Notes: generated by a model from the letters alone, not told the origin. Numbered from the stretch's first letter, positions 18,565-27,946 are shown. The stretch is 64,000 bases of DNA from a virus (IMGVR_UViG_3300043422_000086:4183-68182), one strand, 5' to 3'. A program made the numbers and translations.

Positions 18565-18891
18565 TCAAGATTCTAAATCTAATTCTCCTAGTTCATCGTC
18601 AGAGTATTTAGAGTCTTCTTTTACTTTATTAATTTGCTCACGAATTTCAATCATTCTCATCTCAAACTCAAACAATTCGTTAGCATTCATTTTACCTTGT
18701 TTGTGAATTTTCTTAGCCGCATTAAATTCAACCTTAGCTCTAGATAAAGCTTTGTTTAACTCTACTAATATTTTATCTAAGGCTTGTTCTTCTAATTTCT
18801 TTTCTGTAACTTTAGGTTTAACAGGCTCTCTATTAATAGTAAATTCTATAGATTTAAAAAGAGAACAAAATTTATCTAATGTGCTAGCCAT
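18565..18891 (-). CDS. Hypothetical coiled-coil protein
   Basis: ORF track. Confidence 0.55.
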   Translation of the reverse strand: MASTLDKFCSLFKSIEFTINREPVKPKVTEKKLEEQALDKILVELNKALSRAKVEFNAAKKIHKQGKMNANELFEFEMRMIEIREQINKVKEDSKYSDDELGELDLES

Positions 18892-18902
18892 AATGCTATA
18901 GT

Positions 18903-19295
18903 TTATTTTTTATAATCAGCGTATGACTTTTCTTCAGTAAGTGTAGAACCAGTTAAAGCATCTATTTTCTTTTTAACTAAATTTCTATCGTCATTAGTCC
19001 AATAAACTGCTCGAGCTAATCTAATAAATTCATCACCAAAATCATTACTTCTTTCGCAATCTCTAATGTCATCTTCGATGTTCCAAAGTTTTAAATTAAC
19101 GTCGTACATTTCTTGATAGGCTGTGTGAATTTCTGGATCTTTACAATTGCTTACAATTTCTTGTACAATTGGTGTTAAAATCATCCATTCTTTATTTAGA
19201 TTTGCGACTTTAGCGGGATCTGTAATTTTTTCTAATTTGATCTTTAAGATTGTGTGTTTATCTAAGATCTCTCCATTTGAAACTTCAATTTTCAT
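18903..19295 (-). CDS. DUF6165-like protein (typically linked to glycosyltransferases)
   Basis: EVSNGEILDK.TIL.IK...VN..LW.IED.IR.CE...F..LAR.VY..ND.R...EEKSY. Confidence 0.75.
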   Translation of the reverse strand: MKIEVSNGEILDKHTILKIKLEKITDPAKVANLNKEWMILTPIVQEIVSNCKDPEIHTAYQEMYDVNLKLWNIEDDIRDCERSNDFGDEFIRLARAVYWTNDDRNLVKKKIDALTGSTLTEEKSYADYKK

Positions 19296-19316
19296 GATAG
19301 TAAAATTTTATATAGT

Positions 19317-20189
19317 TTATTTATTCTTCTTAATCCAAGAAATTATATTGGTCGATGGTGTCCAACCTAATTCTATTGTTGCCATTTTAATATCAGCACG
19401 TGACTGATATGGCTCATTTCTCTTTGGTATAAATTGAATTTCACCGCCAAAGGCTTCAGCTACTTCTAAAATACTTAGTTCTTCACCAGAACCTATATTT
19501 AAAATAAAGAAATTATCTCTACTCATGGCCATAATTAGGGCTGCAACTACATCTTTAACATAAACATAATCTCTGGTTTGTGAACCATCTCCTGTGACAG
19601 TAATAGGTTCAAAATCACTATACTGCGTCATGAAACGAGCCACTGCTGGAGCATAAGAGCCAGAAGTAGGTTGTCCTTCTCCAAAAACATTAAAGAACCT
19701 TAAACAAGCTGTAGTCAAACCTTTACCGTGGCAGTGCGCTAAATGATTTTCAGCTCTCCATTTATATTCAGCGTAAGGTGACATTGGATTCACAGGTACA
19801 CCTTCATGTGTTGGTATAATAGAAGGATCTCCGTAAACTGCAGCTGTTGAAGCCATAACTATTCTTCTAGCGTTAATATCGGCTGCCCAAATTAGTAATC
19901 TTTTAGTAGCTGATAGAATATTAGCTTTGTATTTAGGTGCATTAGATAAAGATTCTTCAACTGAGGTTGTAGCTGCTAAGTGATAAATGGCATCTACATT
20001 CTGTAAATTAGGAAATTCATCAATAGTTAAATCCATTTTATACAAAGTGGCTCCTTCTGGCATATCTGTAAATCTACCAGTTGATAAATTATCTAAAACC
20101 ACTACAGTTTTACCAATATCTACAAGTCTTTTGACTAAATGATGCCCGATAAAGCCGCATCCACCTGTTACTACTGTTATTTTGTCCAT
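19317..20189 (-). CDS. NAD-dependent nucleotide-sugar epimerase/dehydratase
   Basis: TGGCGFIG, YxxxK (PYAEYK), LRFFNVFG, GDGSQTRDYVYV. Confidence 0.9.
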   Translation of the reverse strand: MDKITVVTGGCGFIGHHLVKRLVDIGKTVVVLDNLSTGRFTDMPEGATLYKMDLTIDEFPNLQNVDAIYHLAATTSVEESLSNAPKYKANILSATKRLLIWAADINARRIVMASTAAVYGDPSIIPTHEGVPVNPMSPYAEYKWRAENHLAHCHGKGLTTACLRFFNVFGEGQPTSGSYAPAVARFMTQYSDFEPITVTGDGSQTRDYVYVKDVVAALIMAMSRDNFFILNIGSGEELSILEVAEAFGGEIQFIPKRNEPYQSRADIKMATIELGWTPSTNIISWIKKNK

Positions 20190-22420
20190 GTTTTAATTTT
20201 TGCAATCACATCAGAACCTGATATTGATTTTGTACATTCAAATTGTTTTTCTGTTGCTTCATGCTTAGGACACCAGTTCCATTTATTTTTATCAAAGTGA
20301 TCCCATTCCCAACATGAATTACAAACAGTTTTGTCTATAATTCTTAAAGTTTTATCAGTAAACTCGCAAATTTCTGGAGTAAAACCACTGATTAAAACTA
20401 TTTTAACATCTAAAGACCATGCTAACCAACTTAAACCGCTTGAAATACCCATAAAATAGTCAGCGTGTTTAATATAATTTGCAACTACTTGTAAATCTGA
20501 TGGTAATCTTTGAGCTCCTTTAGGATAAAAGTTACCCATGTAACCATTTTCTTCACTTGAAGCTATATAAACTTTATAGCCTTGGCTTTTATGCCAATCT
20601 ACTATTTCTTGCCAACCTGTTGGATTATTCCAGTATTTAGCTTGCGCTGTACTTTGAGTAGCAATGACAATATATTTACCAGCCACTGGACGACCTAGAT
20701 CTAGAAAAGAAAGTTTTGGTCTAATTTCTCCAATAGGTTTTAAACCAAGTGCATCTGTTGCAATATCACCCAAGTAAATCTTGCGCCAATCTCTAGGATT
20801 TTTATCCTCAAACCAAGCAGGTCCTTGACCAACGTTTGCCATGTGCACTCCTATTTCATAAGTAGCATCACAGCTTGGTGTTTGAGTACCCGGTTGCATA
20901 GCGTAGATGCCTTTTTTATTGTAGTACGTCCAATCAAATAGCCAATTCTTATAAGTTAATAAGTTAACTTTACTTAATTTGTGTTCTTCTTTAAAAGACA
21001 CAACAGCTTCTATAAAGGCTAACGTATCGCCAAGAGAAGAGCTGCCAAATTCTATGTTAACAACTCCATTAGTTAGATCTTGCGTCCATGTTTCTGGTTC
21101 TGAGCCTTCAAACTGAAAATCAATTTGCCAAGGCATAAAGAATTTTTCGTATGGCGCTCCCCAGTGATTAGGCTCTAAATTCATAGAGCACAAAACTTCT
21201 TGAGTGCGCGCGTTTTTAAAGCTAACTTGGCATTTTTTATCTGAGTCGTTATAGAATTTTATACCTCTGTTTATTTCTACGTGCCATTTTTTTGTGTCTT
21301 GCATAGCTATTGGTCTTCTAGCCTTTGGGCTAGCTAATAATTTTTTATATAAGTATTGGTGTTGCAGCGCAAATTCTGAGTTTGAGTCTCGAGCTACTCT
21401 AGGTTTTTGATTAAAACAAAGTCCAATAACGGATTCAGCGTCTTTACTGGCAACGCCTGTTAAATGCGTTAACGTTTTGGTCCATTGGTCACCGTACTGT
21501 GGTAAGTTAAAAGCCATGGTTGGTATACCAAGAGATGCGGCCTCTGCTAAAACTATCGGGTTGCATTCCCAGTTTGATGTAAATAGCATTAAATCGCTCA
21601 TTTGTAAGAGCGTCGATGTGTCTTCGCGTTCGCCCCAGACTTTACAGTTAGGTGGTAGGTCATTCATCAGTGGTTGCCAGTACTCAGAGAAGTTTGAAGC
21701 TTGGTTACCAACAAAATGAAATTGGTATGTGTGGCCATATTTAGCATACAACGTGCGTGCGATGTCTATGGCGTACTTTTGGTTTTTACCTTGGGTCCAT
21801 AAGCCTATGTTGATAATATGAAATTCTCCTTGGGTACGGTAACCAAAATCTCCTAAAATCTCCTTGCGGTCTTTGAGAATAACAGACTTAGACTTAGTCC
21901 ATGGAAAAGTAATCAGAGACTTAGTAACATCTATGTCTTTAAATGTTTTTAATTCATGTTCAGGTGAAACCATTGCAAAACCGTCGGGTAGAATCTTCTT
22001 CATTGTCGAAGGATTAAACCAAATGTTGTGGCAAGTTTCTACAATTCTCCATGGATGTTTAGTATCATAAAGCTCTTGTTGTAATTCAATTGGAAATGGA
22101 TTAAAACCATCAAAGCCTTCTGGAATTTCATCGATGTGAATAATATCAATGCCCCATCCATAACACAAATCTACTAATTTAGATTTCTTTTCAATTTGAA
22201 TTTCTTTTGATTCAGCTAAATCTCCAAGTGAAACAAAGTGATCCTTGTCTAATAGCTTTTCAATTTGATCTCTTTGAACCGTATAAGCATCTGAGTATTT
22301 GGTCCATTCAGCTACATAAATTTCATGCTCAGTCCATTCTTGCATTTCTTGAATACGTCTAAGTAAAAAAGCTGGCATGCCTCCTGTGGATAAATGAGGT
22401 GCTAAGTATAAAATCTTCAT
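20177..22420 (-). CDS. GT4-like glycosyltransferase fused to Aah/TibC-like protein O-heptosyltransferase
   Basis: PHLSTGGMP...ECNPIVLAEA (GT4); SLGDTLA, QSTAQAKYWNN, GISSGLSWLAW, VCNSCW..CP..FECTKSI (Aah/TibC). Confidence 0.8.
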   Translation of the reverse strand: MKILYLAPHLSTGGMPAFLLRRIQEMQEWTEHEIYVAEWTKYSDAYTVQRDQIEKLLDKDHFVSLGDLAESKEIQIEKKSKLVDLCYGWGIDIIHIDEIPEGFDGFNPFPIELQQELYDTKHPWRIVETCHNIWFNPSTMKKILPDGFAMVSPEHELKTFKDIDVTKSLITFPWTKSKSVILKDRKEILGDFGYRTQGEFHIINIGLWTQGKNQKYAIDIARTLYAKYGHTYQFHFVGNQASNFSEYWQPLMNDLPPNCKVWGEREDTSTLLQMSDLMLFTSNWECNPIVLAEAASLGIPTMAFNLPQYGDQWTKTLTHLTGVASKDAESVIGLCFNQKPRVARDSNSEFALQHQYLYKKLLASPKARRPIAMQDTKKWHVEINRGIKFYNDSDKKCQVSFKNARTQEVLCSMNLEPNHWGAPYEKFFMPWQIDFQFEGSEPETWTQDLTNGVVNIEFGSSSLGDTLAFIEAVVSFKEEHKLSKVNLLTYKNWLFDWTYYNKKGIYAMQPGTQTPSCDATYEIGVHMANVGQGPAWFEDKNPRDWRKIYLGDIATDALGLKPIGEIRPKLSFLDLGRPVAGKYIVIATQSTAQAKYWNNPTGWQEIVDWHKSQGYKVYIASSEENGYMGNFYPKGAQRLPSDLQVVANYIKHADYFMGISSGLSWLAWSLDVKIVLISGFTPEICEFTDKTLRIIDKTVCNSCWEWDHFDKNKWNWCPKHEATEKQFECTKSISGSDVIAKIKTWTK

Positions 22421-22422
22421 AA

Positions 22423-24045
22423 TTAATTTTTAAATTCTCTGTATTGTGATTCTATGGCTGAAATTCCACTTAATTGTGTAGCCATTGATTCTTCAAACAT
22501 ACCTAAATTAAACTTGGCAAAGAATATATCATTTAAAAATATATCTGCGCCGTCCCATGTTGCATATTTGTATTTGTCTATTAAATATCTTCTAATTCTT
22601 TGTGGAAACATAATCATCTGAGCACCTATGATTCTATTAACCAAATGAGTGTCTTCTATTTTCTGCAAGGTTTCGCTTTGTAAACCGTCACCTTCTAATA
22701 AAAATCTAGAACCAAATGAAAAATAAGAGATGTCATTCTTAACAATCGATTCAGAAGCTTTGTCTATTTTTTGTAATGCTGTTTTCAAATTAACTTCTAA
22801 CATAGCATCGCCTTCACAGACAATAAAAAAATCTGTATCTTCTGTGAAGTGTTCGATTGTTGCATCAGCAAAAGCTCTAAAGGCACCGTAATGACCTGGT
22901 CTAATTGGTATAGAATCGTATTGATCTGGTCTAGTAAAAGTTTCTCTTGGTGGTGTTTCAGTCCATCGCTTATTCCAAACTTGAATATACTCAACACCTA
23001 TACGTGATAATTCTGAAATTGACTCTATAGATTTTGTTTGTCTGTCTTGATCTAAATCATCTTCTAATAACAAATGAACTAGTTTGATTTTAGATTTGAC
23101 GTTGTAATGTGATAAAACTGCTTCAAATACTTGATCTACGGAAGGATGACATTCGAACGTTGGTTTGCCTTCTAAACAATAAACCTGAGGTGGCACACCA
23201 TGAATTGAACCATGTACTTTAACATTATATTTCATGTTAGATGAACAAAACAAATCACATGAGCCTTTTACATATTGATATTTGTAAGCTTGTGAACCTT
23301 GTCTATAAGGTGCTCTTAGTTTTGGATCAATTGAACTACCTAATTGAATAAGATTAACATCTGTAGTTCCAGCTACGTGTAAAATACCTGAGTCCATTGT
23401 AACTACACACATGGCCTGATGATTCATCATCCATCTTAATTCAGCTACATCATTATCTGGATCATCTAACAAATTAACACCATATCTAATATGTAAATCC
23501 ATTACTGGTTTGTCAATGTTAAAGAAACCTTGTTCTTTACCACTTCTACCAACTGCCACGACTGGAATTCCTGCGTCGAATAATTTGTCTATTAAAGCTT
23601 GCCATTTTTCTTGAGCCCAAGTTCTTGATTCCCAAGTATATGTTGGATGTATCATCACATAGGAGCTGACTGGCAGCTCACGTTTTCTTTCAATATACAA
23701 ATCAGTTTCCATTTCTTGCTCAGTCAGGGCAAATCCCTGTGATACGGCATGAAATTGTCGGATGTCCATGTTAGAATATCTCCACTCTATGGTTTCACCG
23801 TTATGTAATTGATATGATTTACCAACAAGTGGCATAAACATTCGATGTACTTTACGAAAGTGATTTAGATCTGTTGATTCTGGTCTAGAAATATGTGAAA
23901 ATGAAGGATGGCCTTCAAATAAGTAGGGATGGTTTGTTATGATATGAACCTCTTCATTATCATAAGCCTTTGCTATCTTTTTACAAGCTGGAATTGCAGC
24001 AATTGTATCTCCAAGTGCAAGCGTATCAATAAAGACTCCTATCAT
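22423..24045 (-). CDS. GT9 (heptosyltransferase-like) fused to a second glycosyltransferase-like domain
   Basis: LGDTIAAIP, MIHP..WESRTW, TMDSGILHVAG; C-terminal GHYGAF..FIVCEGDA. Confidence 0.75.
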   Translation of the reverse strand: MIGVFIDTLALGDTIAAIPACKKIAKAYDNEEVHIITNHPYLFEGHPSFSHISRPESTDLNHFRKVHRMFMPLVGKSYQLHNGETIEWRYSNMDIRQFHAVSQGFALTEQEMETDLYIERKRELPVSSYVMIHPTYTWESRTWAQEKWQALIDKLFDAGIPVVAVGRSGKEQGFFNIDKPVMDLHIRYGVNLLDDPDNDVAELRWMMNHQAMCVVTMDSGILHVAGTTDVNLIQLGSSIDPKLRAPYRQGSQAYKYQYVKGSCDLFCSSNMKYNVKVHGSIHGVPPQVYCLEGKPTFECHPSVDQVFEAVLSHYNVKSKIKLVHLLLEDDLDQDRQTKSIESISELSRIGVEYIQVWNKRWTETPPRETFTRPDQYDSIPIRPGHYGAFRAFADATIEHFTEDTDFFIVCEGDAMLEVNLKTALQKIDKASESIVKNDISYFSFGSRFLLEGDGLQSETLQKIEDTHLVNRIIGAQMIMFPQRIRRYLIDKYKYATWDGADIFLNDIFFAKFNLGMFEESMATQLSGISAIESQYREFKN

Positions 24046-24067
24046 AGTTATAACATTTATATGTTAT

Positions 24068-24094
24068 TTATATAAAAAAGCTGGGCTTTGTTTA
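24068..24094 (-). promoter_or_regulatory. Class M promoter
   Basis: Upstream of glycosyltransferase operon. Confidence 0.6.
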
Positions 24095-24550
24095 TTCGAA
24101 AGAGTCTAAAATAATTTGTAAATCCGTGTAACAATCATCTATGTGTTTATAGATAGATTTTTCTTTGATACAAGTTTCACTAAATTTATAAATATATTTG
24201 TTTGATTTTAAATCTTTAAGAGCACACATGATTTTGTATTTTGGCTTTTTAGATAATAAAGATTTAAGGTGAGTAATAGACCATGTCTGTGCTTTGGCTT
24301 TACCAACAACAGCATAATCTACTTTAACAGTGGCAGTTAATTGAAAATCTGGATTGTCTAACGTAGCAAAATCATAGTATTGCTTGAATCCATTTTTTAT
24401 AATAAGTAAACCATAGTAAACTGAATCGCTTGATTCTAAAACCTTTTTTAAGGAATCTGAATCAAGCGATTCTGTTAAATAAAATGGTGGTAAGTTAACT
24501 TGAATTTTTTCTAGAACATTAAGCTCCTGTAAATCCTGTTGGTCTTGCAT
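24092..24550 (-). CDS. Hypothetical protein
   Basis: ORF track. Confidence 0.55.
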   Translation of the reverse strand: MQDQQDLQELNVLEKIQVNLPPFYLTESLDSDSLKKVLESSDSVYYGLLIIKNGFKQYYDFATLDNPDFQLTATVKVDYAVVGKAKAQTWSITHLKSLLSKKPKYKIMCALKDLKSNKYIYKFSETCIKEKSIYKHIDDCYTDLQIILDSFE

Positions 24551-25289
24551 CGTTTTCTGATTTAATATTTCTTTTCTCAGTATTTTTGTTGATCAATCCT
24601 CCTTTAACTTCATTTCTTTTAGCAAGATATTCATTAAGATCATCTTCATTTTTGATAACCTTCGCGTATGTTTCCACTGAAGGTTCTTCTTCAACAGTTA
24701 AACCTAAAATAGATTCAGCTGATTCTTCAGAACTAATTTCATCTAAACCATAATCATCTGGTCCAACATTTCCTTTAGGTCCTTCTAAAATCTCTGAAGA
24801 AGGCGATACGAATACTGGCTCATTAACTTCTATGTCTTTTAATTCCTTTGTTTTCTCAGGTTTAATATAATCAACTAAAGATTTAATAAAACCTAATGCA
24901 ACTAAAGGTAAAATAGCTCCCGAAACAAAAGATAAAATTCTCTTTTGATATAAAGGATCTTCTTCAACTAAGTTGAATAATTGAACCCATGAATCATAAC
25001 CATTTAAATTTTTGAATGCGTAATACATGTTACCTTGCATTTGCATTAAAGTAATGGTAATGAATAAGGCCCATACTAAACTTTTATTCATTTTATCCAA
25101 TGCAATCAAAGATGCAAGAGATGCTGCAGCTCCAACTTCAAACGCAATAGCTAAAGAAACTGCCAACCAATATGGGTTTGACATGCTAAAGAAATCTATA
25201 ACGTGAATTGTTGAAATTATTGAAACTATTAAGTATAGCATCACAAAGGTAGAGATTACGAATCTATTAACCAAAGTTTGTTGTGTCAT
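24519..25289 (-). CDS. Multi-pass membrane protein with acidic C-terminal tail
   Basis: Four hydrophobic segments. Confidence 0.65.
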   Translation of the reverse strand: MTQQTLVNRFVISTFVMLYLIVSIISTIHVIDFFSMSNPYWLAVSLAIAFEVGAAASLASLIALDKMNKSLVWALFITITLMQMQGNMYYAFKNLNGYDSWVQLFNLVEEDPLYQKRILSFVSGAILPLVALGFIKSLVDYIKPEKTKELKDIEVNEPVFVSPSSEILEGPKGNVGPDDYGLDEISSEESAESILGLTVEEEPSVETYAKVIKNEDDLNEYLAKRNEVKGGLINKNTEKRNIKSENDARPTGFTGA

Positions 25290-25473
25290 TGTCTTCTGTA
25301 TTTTTTTTACTATAAGGCCACATTTCGTTCCAGTCTTTTTGTCTTTGACTACATCCGCAATCTTCTGCGCCTAATGCATTTGCAACCTTTTTGGCAACTT
25401 TGTCCAAACCTGTAGCTTTTGTGAACTTTGCTACAGTGTCACCAAACCCTTCAGATTTTTCTTCAATTGGCAT
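25267..25473 (-). CDS. Conserved small phage protein (GDTVAK..TG....DCGC..R..WN)
   Basis: Motif common in phages. Confidence 0.6.
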   Translation of the reverse strand: MPIEEKSEGFGDTVAKFTKATGLDKVAKKVANALGAEDCGCSQRQKDWNEMWPYSKKNTEDNDTTNFG

Positions 25474-25745
25474 TATTTTTCTAATTTTTTTATCTCTTGA
25501 TCGATTTCAGTTTGACGTTGCACATCTAACATTTTTCTGTCAGTTGCTTGGATCATTCTTTTTTCTGCTTTCAAACCTTCGATTTGAAGTTGTTTTTGAG
25601 TAGGTAGAGAATCAATAACTGTTAAATGTTTTTTAACTTTAGTTAATTCTGAGTCAATACTACAAGATTTCACATACGTTAAAAACAATAAAACGATAAT
25701 TACCTTAATGCCATGTTTGGCTAAAAAATTGTTTAATTTATCCAT
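25473..25745 (-). CDS. Small membrane-anchored/lipoprotein-like coiled-coil protein
   Basis: Hydrophobic stretch ending KSC; late box 25767-25775. Confidence 0.55.
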   Translation of the reverse strand: MDKLNNFLAKHGIKVIIVLLFLTYVKSCSIDSELTKVKKHLTVIDSLPTQKQLQIEGLKAEKRMIQATDRKMLDVQRQTEIDQEIKKLEK

Positions 25746-25778
25746 GATTAGATTTTTTATTTTTTTGTATATATTTGA

Positions 25779-26513
25779 TTAAAGTTGTTTAAATGCCGCT
25801 AATCTTTCTTGAAACAGTTTAAAATAGATTTTAATATCTGCTTCACTTAATTTAAATATCTGTGGACATGATTCTGGTTCACTTGCAATCCAAATTTCAA
25901 CGCCTCTTGGTCTAATACCAGTTCTTTCCCAATAAGCTATAACATAAGCAGAAGCTTGTATAAAATAGTCTTGGATCCAACGTTCTTCTTTTGGCTTTCT
26001 AGAATTCTTATAGTCAATAACAACAACTGTATCATCTATCAACTCTGAAACATTATCTACAGTGCCTGCATAACCGCCAGCTTTAACTGACCACAAAAAC
26101 TTTTCTGCTGCTAAAACCTTCTTAACTCTATCGAAAAAATAACTAGAATTGTTGTAGAACTTCATAAAGAATTCAAAACCTTGATCGATATAAGTTTGAT
26201 CAAAGTCTGTAATTTCTTTATCATTTATCATCAAAGTTTTGAGCATTGATAATCTGTCTTCTTTAGAACCTTTAAGTGGTTTATAAAGCTCAATTAATCG
26301 GTGCATGACAGTTCCTCTGTTCATAGAATTGGTAGAAATGCGATTAGCTTCTTCTTCACCAACTTTAGCTTTCCATTTGTCTAAGCCTGATTTGTCTGAT
26401 GTTTGACCGAGAACTGCGGTCACTGACGGAAATGTGCCAAGAATTTTAGAGCCTTGACTTACTTGATAGTGTCTAATACCATCTATCTCAACTCTTTTAA
26501 TCTTTTCTTTCAT
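25779..26513 (-). CDS. PD-(D/E)XK exonuclease (Cas4/lambda-exo-like)
   Basis: PSVTAVL, RGTVMH, YAGTVD, VIDYKNS, Q.SAY; start moved to MKEK. Confidence 0.85.
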   Translation of the reverse strand: MKEKIKRVEIDGIRHYQVSQGSKILGTFPSVTAVLGQTSDKSGLDKWKAKVGEEEANRISTNSMNRGTVMHRLIELYKPLKGSKEDRLSMLKTLMINDKEITDFDQTYIDQGFEFFMKFYNNSSYFFDRVKKVLAAEKFLWSVKAGGYAGTVDNVSELIDDTVVVIDYKNSRKPKEERWIQDYFIQASAYVIAYWERTGIRPRGVEIWIASEPESCPQIFKLSEADIKIYFKLFQERLAAFKQL

Positions 26514-26968
26514 TAAGCCGCCAATTGTTGTACTGTTGCTGTAAGCCAAGCCCAAGGTACATATTTAAAAGCTAACCAAGCAATGCAAACTGCTATAACT
26601 GTTACAGCTGTGCTTGTAACAAATTCACCAAGTTCTACATAATCTCTTTCTGGCCAAAGAATAATTAAATACGAGTTTGAACCTTCAATTTTTTGAATTT
26701 CAGGAAATGAACTATCAGCCATGCCGTATTTCATTAAGATATTGGTTAAAGGACCTAATTGACCTAATACATAAGATTGTTGCATTAATTCAGGTTGTGT
26801 TAGCAATTCTTCTTTAAGATTAATAACCGTGTAAATTCTACCTAAATTATCAACTCTTAAACCTTCTGCTTCTATTTCAGTTTTTAAAGATATTGCTGCT
26901 TTGCGGTACTTATAAAGCAATCTTAGTTCTTTAAAGAAGTTGTACCAATATGAAAAGATGTTAAGCAT
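26513..26968 (-). CDS. Hypothetical protein with C-terminal TM
   Basis: ORF track. Confidence 0.55.
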   Translation of the reverse strand: MLNIFSYWYNFFKELRLLYKYRKAAISLKTEIEAEGLRVDNLGRIYTVINLKEELLTQPELMQQSYVLGQLGPLTNILMKYGMADSSFPEIQKIEGSNSYLIILWPERDYVELGEFVTSTAVTVIAVCIAWLAFKYVPWAWLTATVQQLAA

Positions 26969-26987
26969 ATAAAATATATTTTAGTTG

Positions 26988-27014
26988 TTATATTTATTTA
27001 AATCATTTTGTTTC
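26988..27014 (-). promoter_or_regulatory. Class M promoter
   Basis: GAAAC-N17-TATAA. Confidence 0.6.
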
Positions 27015-27020
27015 ATAAAA

Positions 27021-27050
27021 AAAGAGGAACTAGTGCACAGCTCCTCTTTT
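27021..27050 (-). terminator. Intrinsic terminator ending the small-RNA operon
   Basis: aaagagga...tcctcttt hairpin with T-run on minus strand. Confidence 0.6.
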
Positions 27051-27052
27051 CC

Positions 27053-27152
27053 AACAGTCGCATTACAGTTTAGCTTCTGTTTTTTCTTGTAAGTTATTTT
27101 CTTCATTAACCAATGAACCGGCGTAATGCTTCTCGCCAAAGAAGGGACAGTT
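27053..27152 (-). ncRNA. Candidate structured RNA with possible pseudoknot
   Basis: gcattac/gtaatgc, ttcatt/aatgaa, cttct/agaag stems; loop ggcg can pair cgcc. Confidence 0.35.
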
Positions 27153-27248
27153 CTTCAAAGATAATTACTGCCAAACTTAATCGCTCTAACTTTGTTTTAT
27201 TTTAAGATGTAACAAATCGCGTTGATCAAACTACCGTAAAACATCTAC

Positions 27249-27325
27249 TGGAGCGAAAGACCGGGTTCGAACCGGCGACCTTCTCGTTGGCAACGAGACG
27301 CTCTGACCAGCTGAGCTACTTTCGC
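27249..27325 (-). tRNA. trnG: tRNA-Gly(GCC), CCA encoded
   Basis: Full cloverleaf gcgaaag/ctttcgc; loop ttGCCaa. Confidence 0.95.
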
Positions 27326-27330
27326 ATTTT

Positions 27331-27399
27331 GGGTTGGATCAGAGGCCTTCTGCCAACCGGGACCTTGTCGTTGACTTTCGTCAGAGCGGACCAAGACAC
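27331..27399 (-). ncRNA. Candidate two-hairpin RNA upstream of tRNA-Gly
   Basis: cttggtccg..tgac-gaaa-gtca..cgacaag and ggttgg..cagaaggcctctg..ccaacc. Confidence 0.35.
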
Positions 27400-27414
27400 T
27401 TTTTAATAATAAGC

Positions 27415-27549
27415 AGGATGGGCTTTTATACGTGCTCTACCAACTGAGCTACTCTGAACGTGCCACTTAAGGCTGTGTTCAAAGGCCGGATTCGAACCGA
27501 CGACCACGAGGTTAACAGCCTAGTTTTTATGGATTGCTGGAACCATCCT
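27415..27549 (-). ncRNA. CAGCAA-motif RNA A: circularly permuted tRNA body (Y-RNA/YrlA-like) with Asn-type anticodon loop
   Basis: Terminal stem aggatgg/ccatcct; order anticodon loop-T arm-closed acceptor-D arm. Confidence 0.7.
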
Positions 27550-27565
27550 TGTATAATTAATAAAC

Positions 27566-27622
27566 GGAATACGCATTGGTTTGAGTAAAAGTCAAAGTTT
27601 GTAAATTTGCTGTAGGTATTCC
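27566..27622 (-). ncRNA. CAGCAA-motif RNA B with isolated Lys-like anticodon stem-loop
   Basis: ggaatac/gtattcc terminal stem; TACAGCAA; tttga-cTTTTac-tcaaa. Confidence 0.55.
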
Positions 27623-27632
27623 AATAATTTTC

Positions 27633-27772
27633 AGGTTTCTATTGTTTTGACCAGCGCGTCTACCAATTTCGCCACACTCCAATTTGATTTAAATTTCGTT
27701 GGAGAGGTAGGACTCGAACCTACACGTCTTTCGACACCGGTTTCTTATAGAATTAATTGCTGTAAGAAACCT
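27633..27772 (-). ncRNA. CAGCAA-motif RNA C: circularly permuted tRNA-Leu-like body
   Basis: aggtttct/agaaacct stem; variable arm gtcgaaagac, T arm, closed acceptor, then Leu-type D loop. Confidence 0.7.
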
Positions 27773-27781
27773 TTAATGTTT

Positions 27782-27946
27782 TTATTTTACAGTCGCTGTG
27801 TCTACTGTAACTGTGTCTACTTGTACAGAATCAACTTGAACTGTTGTAGAATCAGCTGTTTCAGTTTTTGAAGTTGCTCCATTACCACAAGAAGCGATTG
27901 AGATTGTTGCTACGATAGCTGCGATTGCGAAAAATACTTTTTTCAT
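27782..27946 (-). CDS. 54-aa lipoprotein with D-S/T-x repeats
   Basis: MKKVFFAIAAIVATISIAS-C lipobox; DST, DSV, DTV, DTA. Confidence 0.7.
   Translation of the reverse strand: MKKVFFAIAAIVATISIASCGNGATSKTETADSTTVQVDSVQVDTVTVDTATVK

Noticed and set aside
25779-26513. Cas4 as evidence of a CRISPR system
   Set aside because: Solo PD-(D/E)XK exonuclease without Fe-S cysteines or a nearby array; a normal phage exonuclease
27366-27390. CTGACGA/GAAA as a hammerhead ribozyme core
   Set aside because: The bases form a simple tgac-GAAA-gtca hairpin; no stem II between CUGANGA and GAAA and no three-way junction
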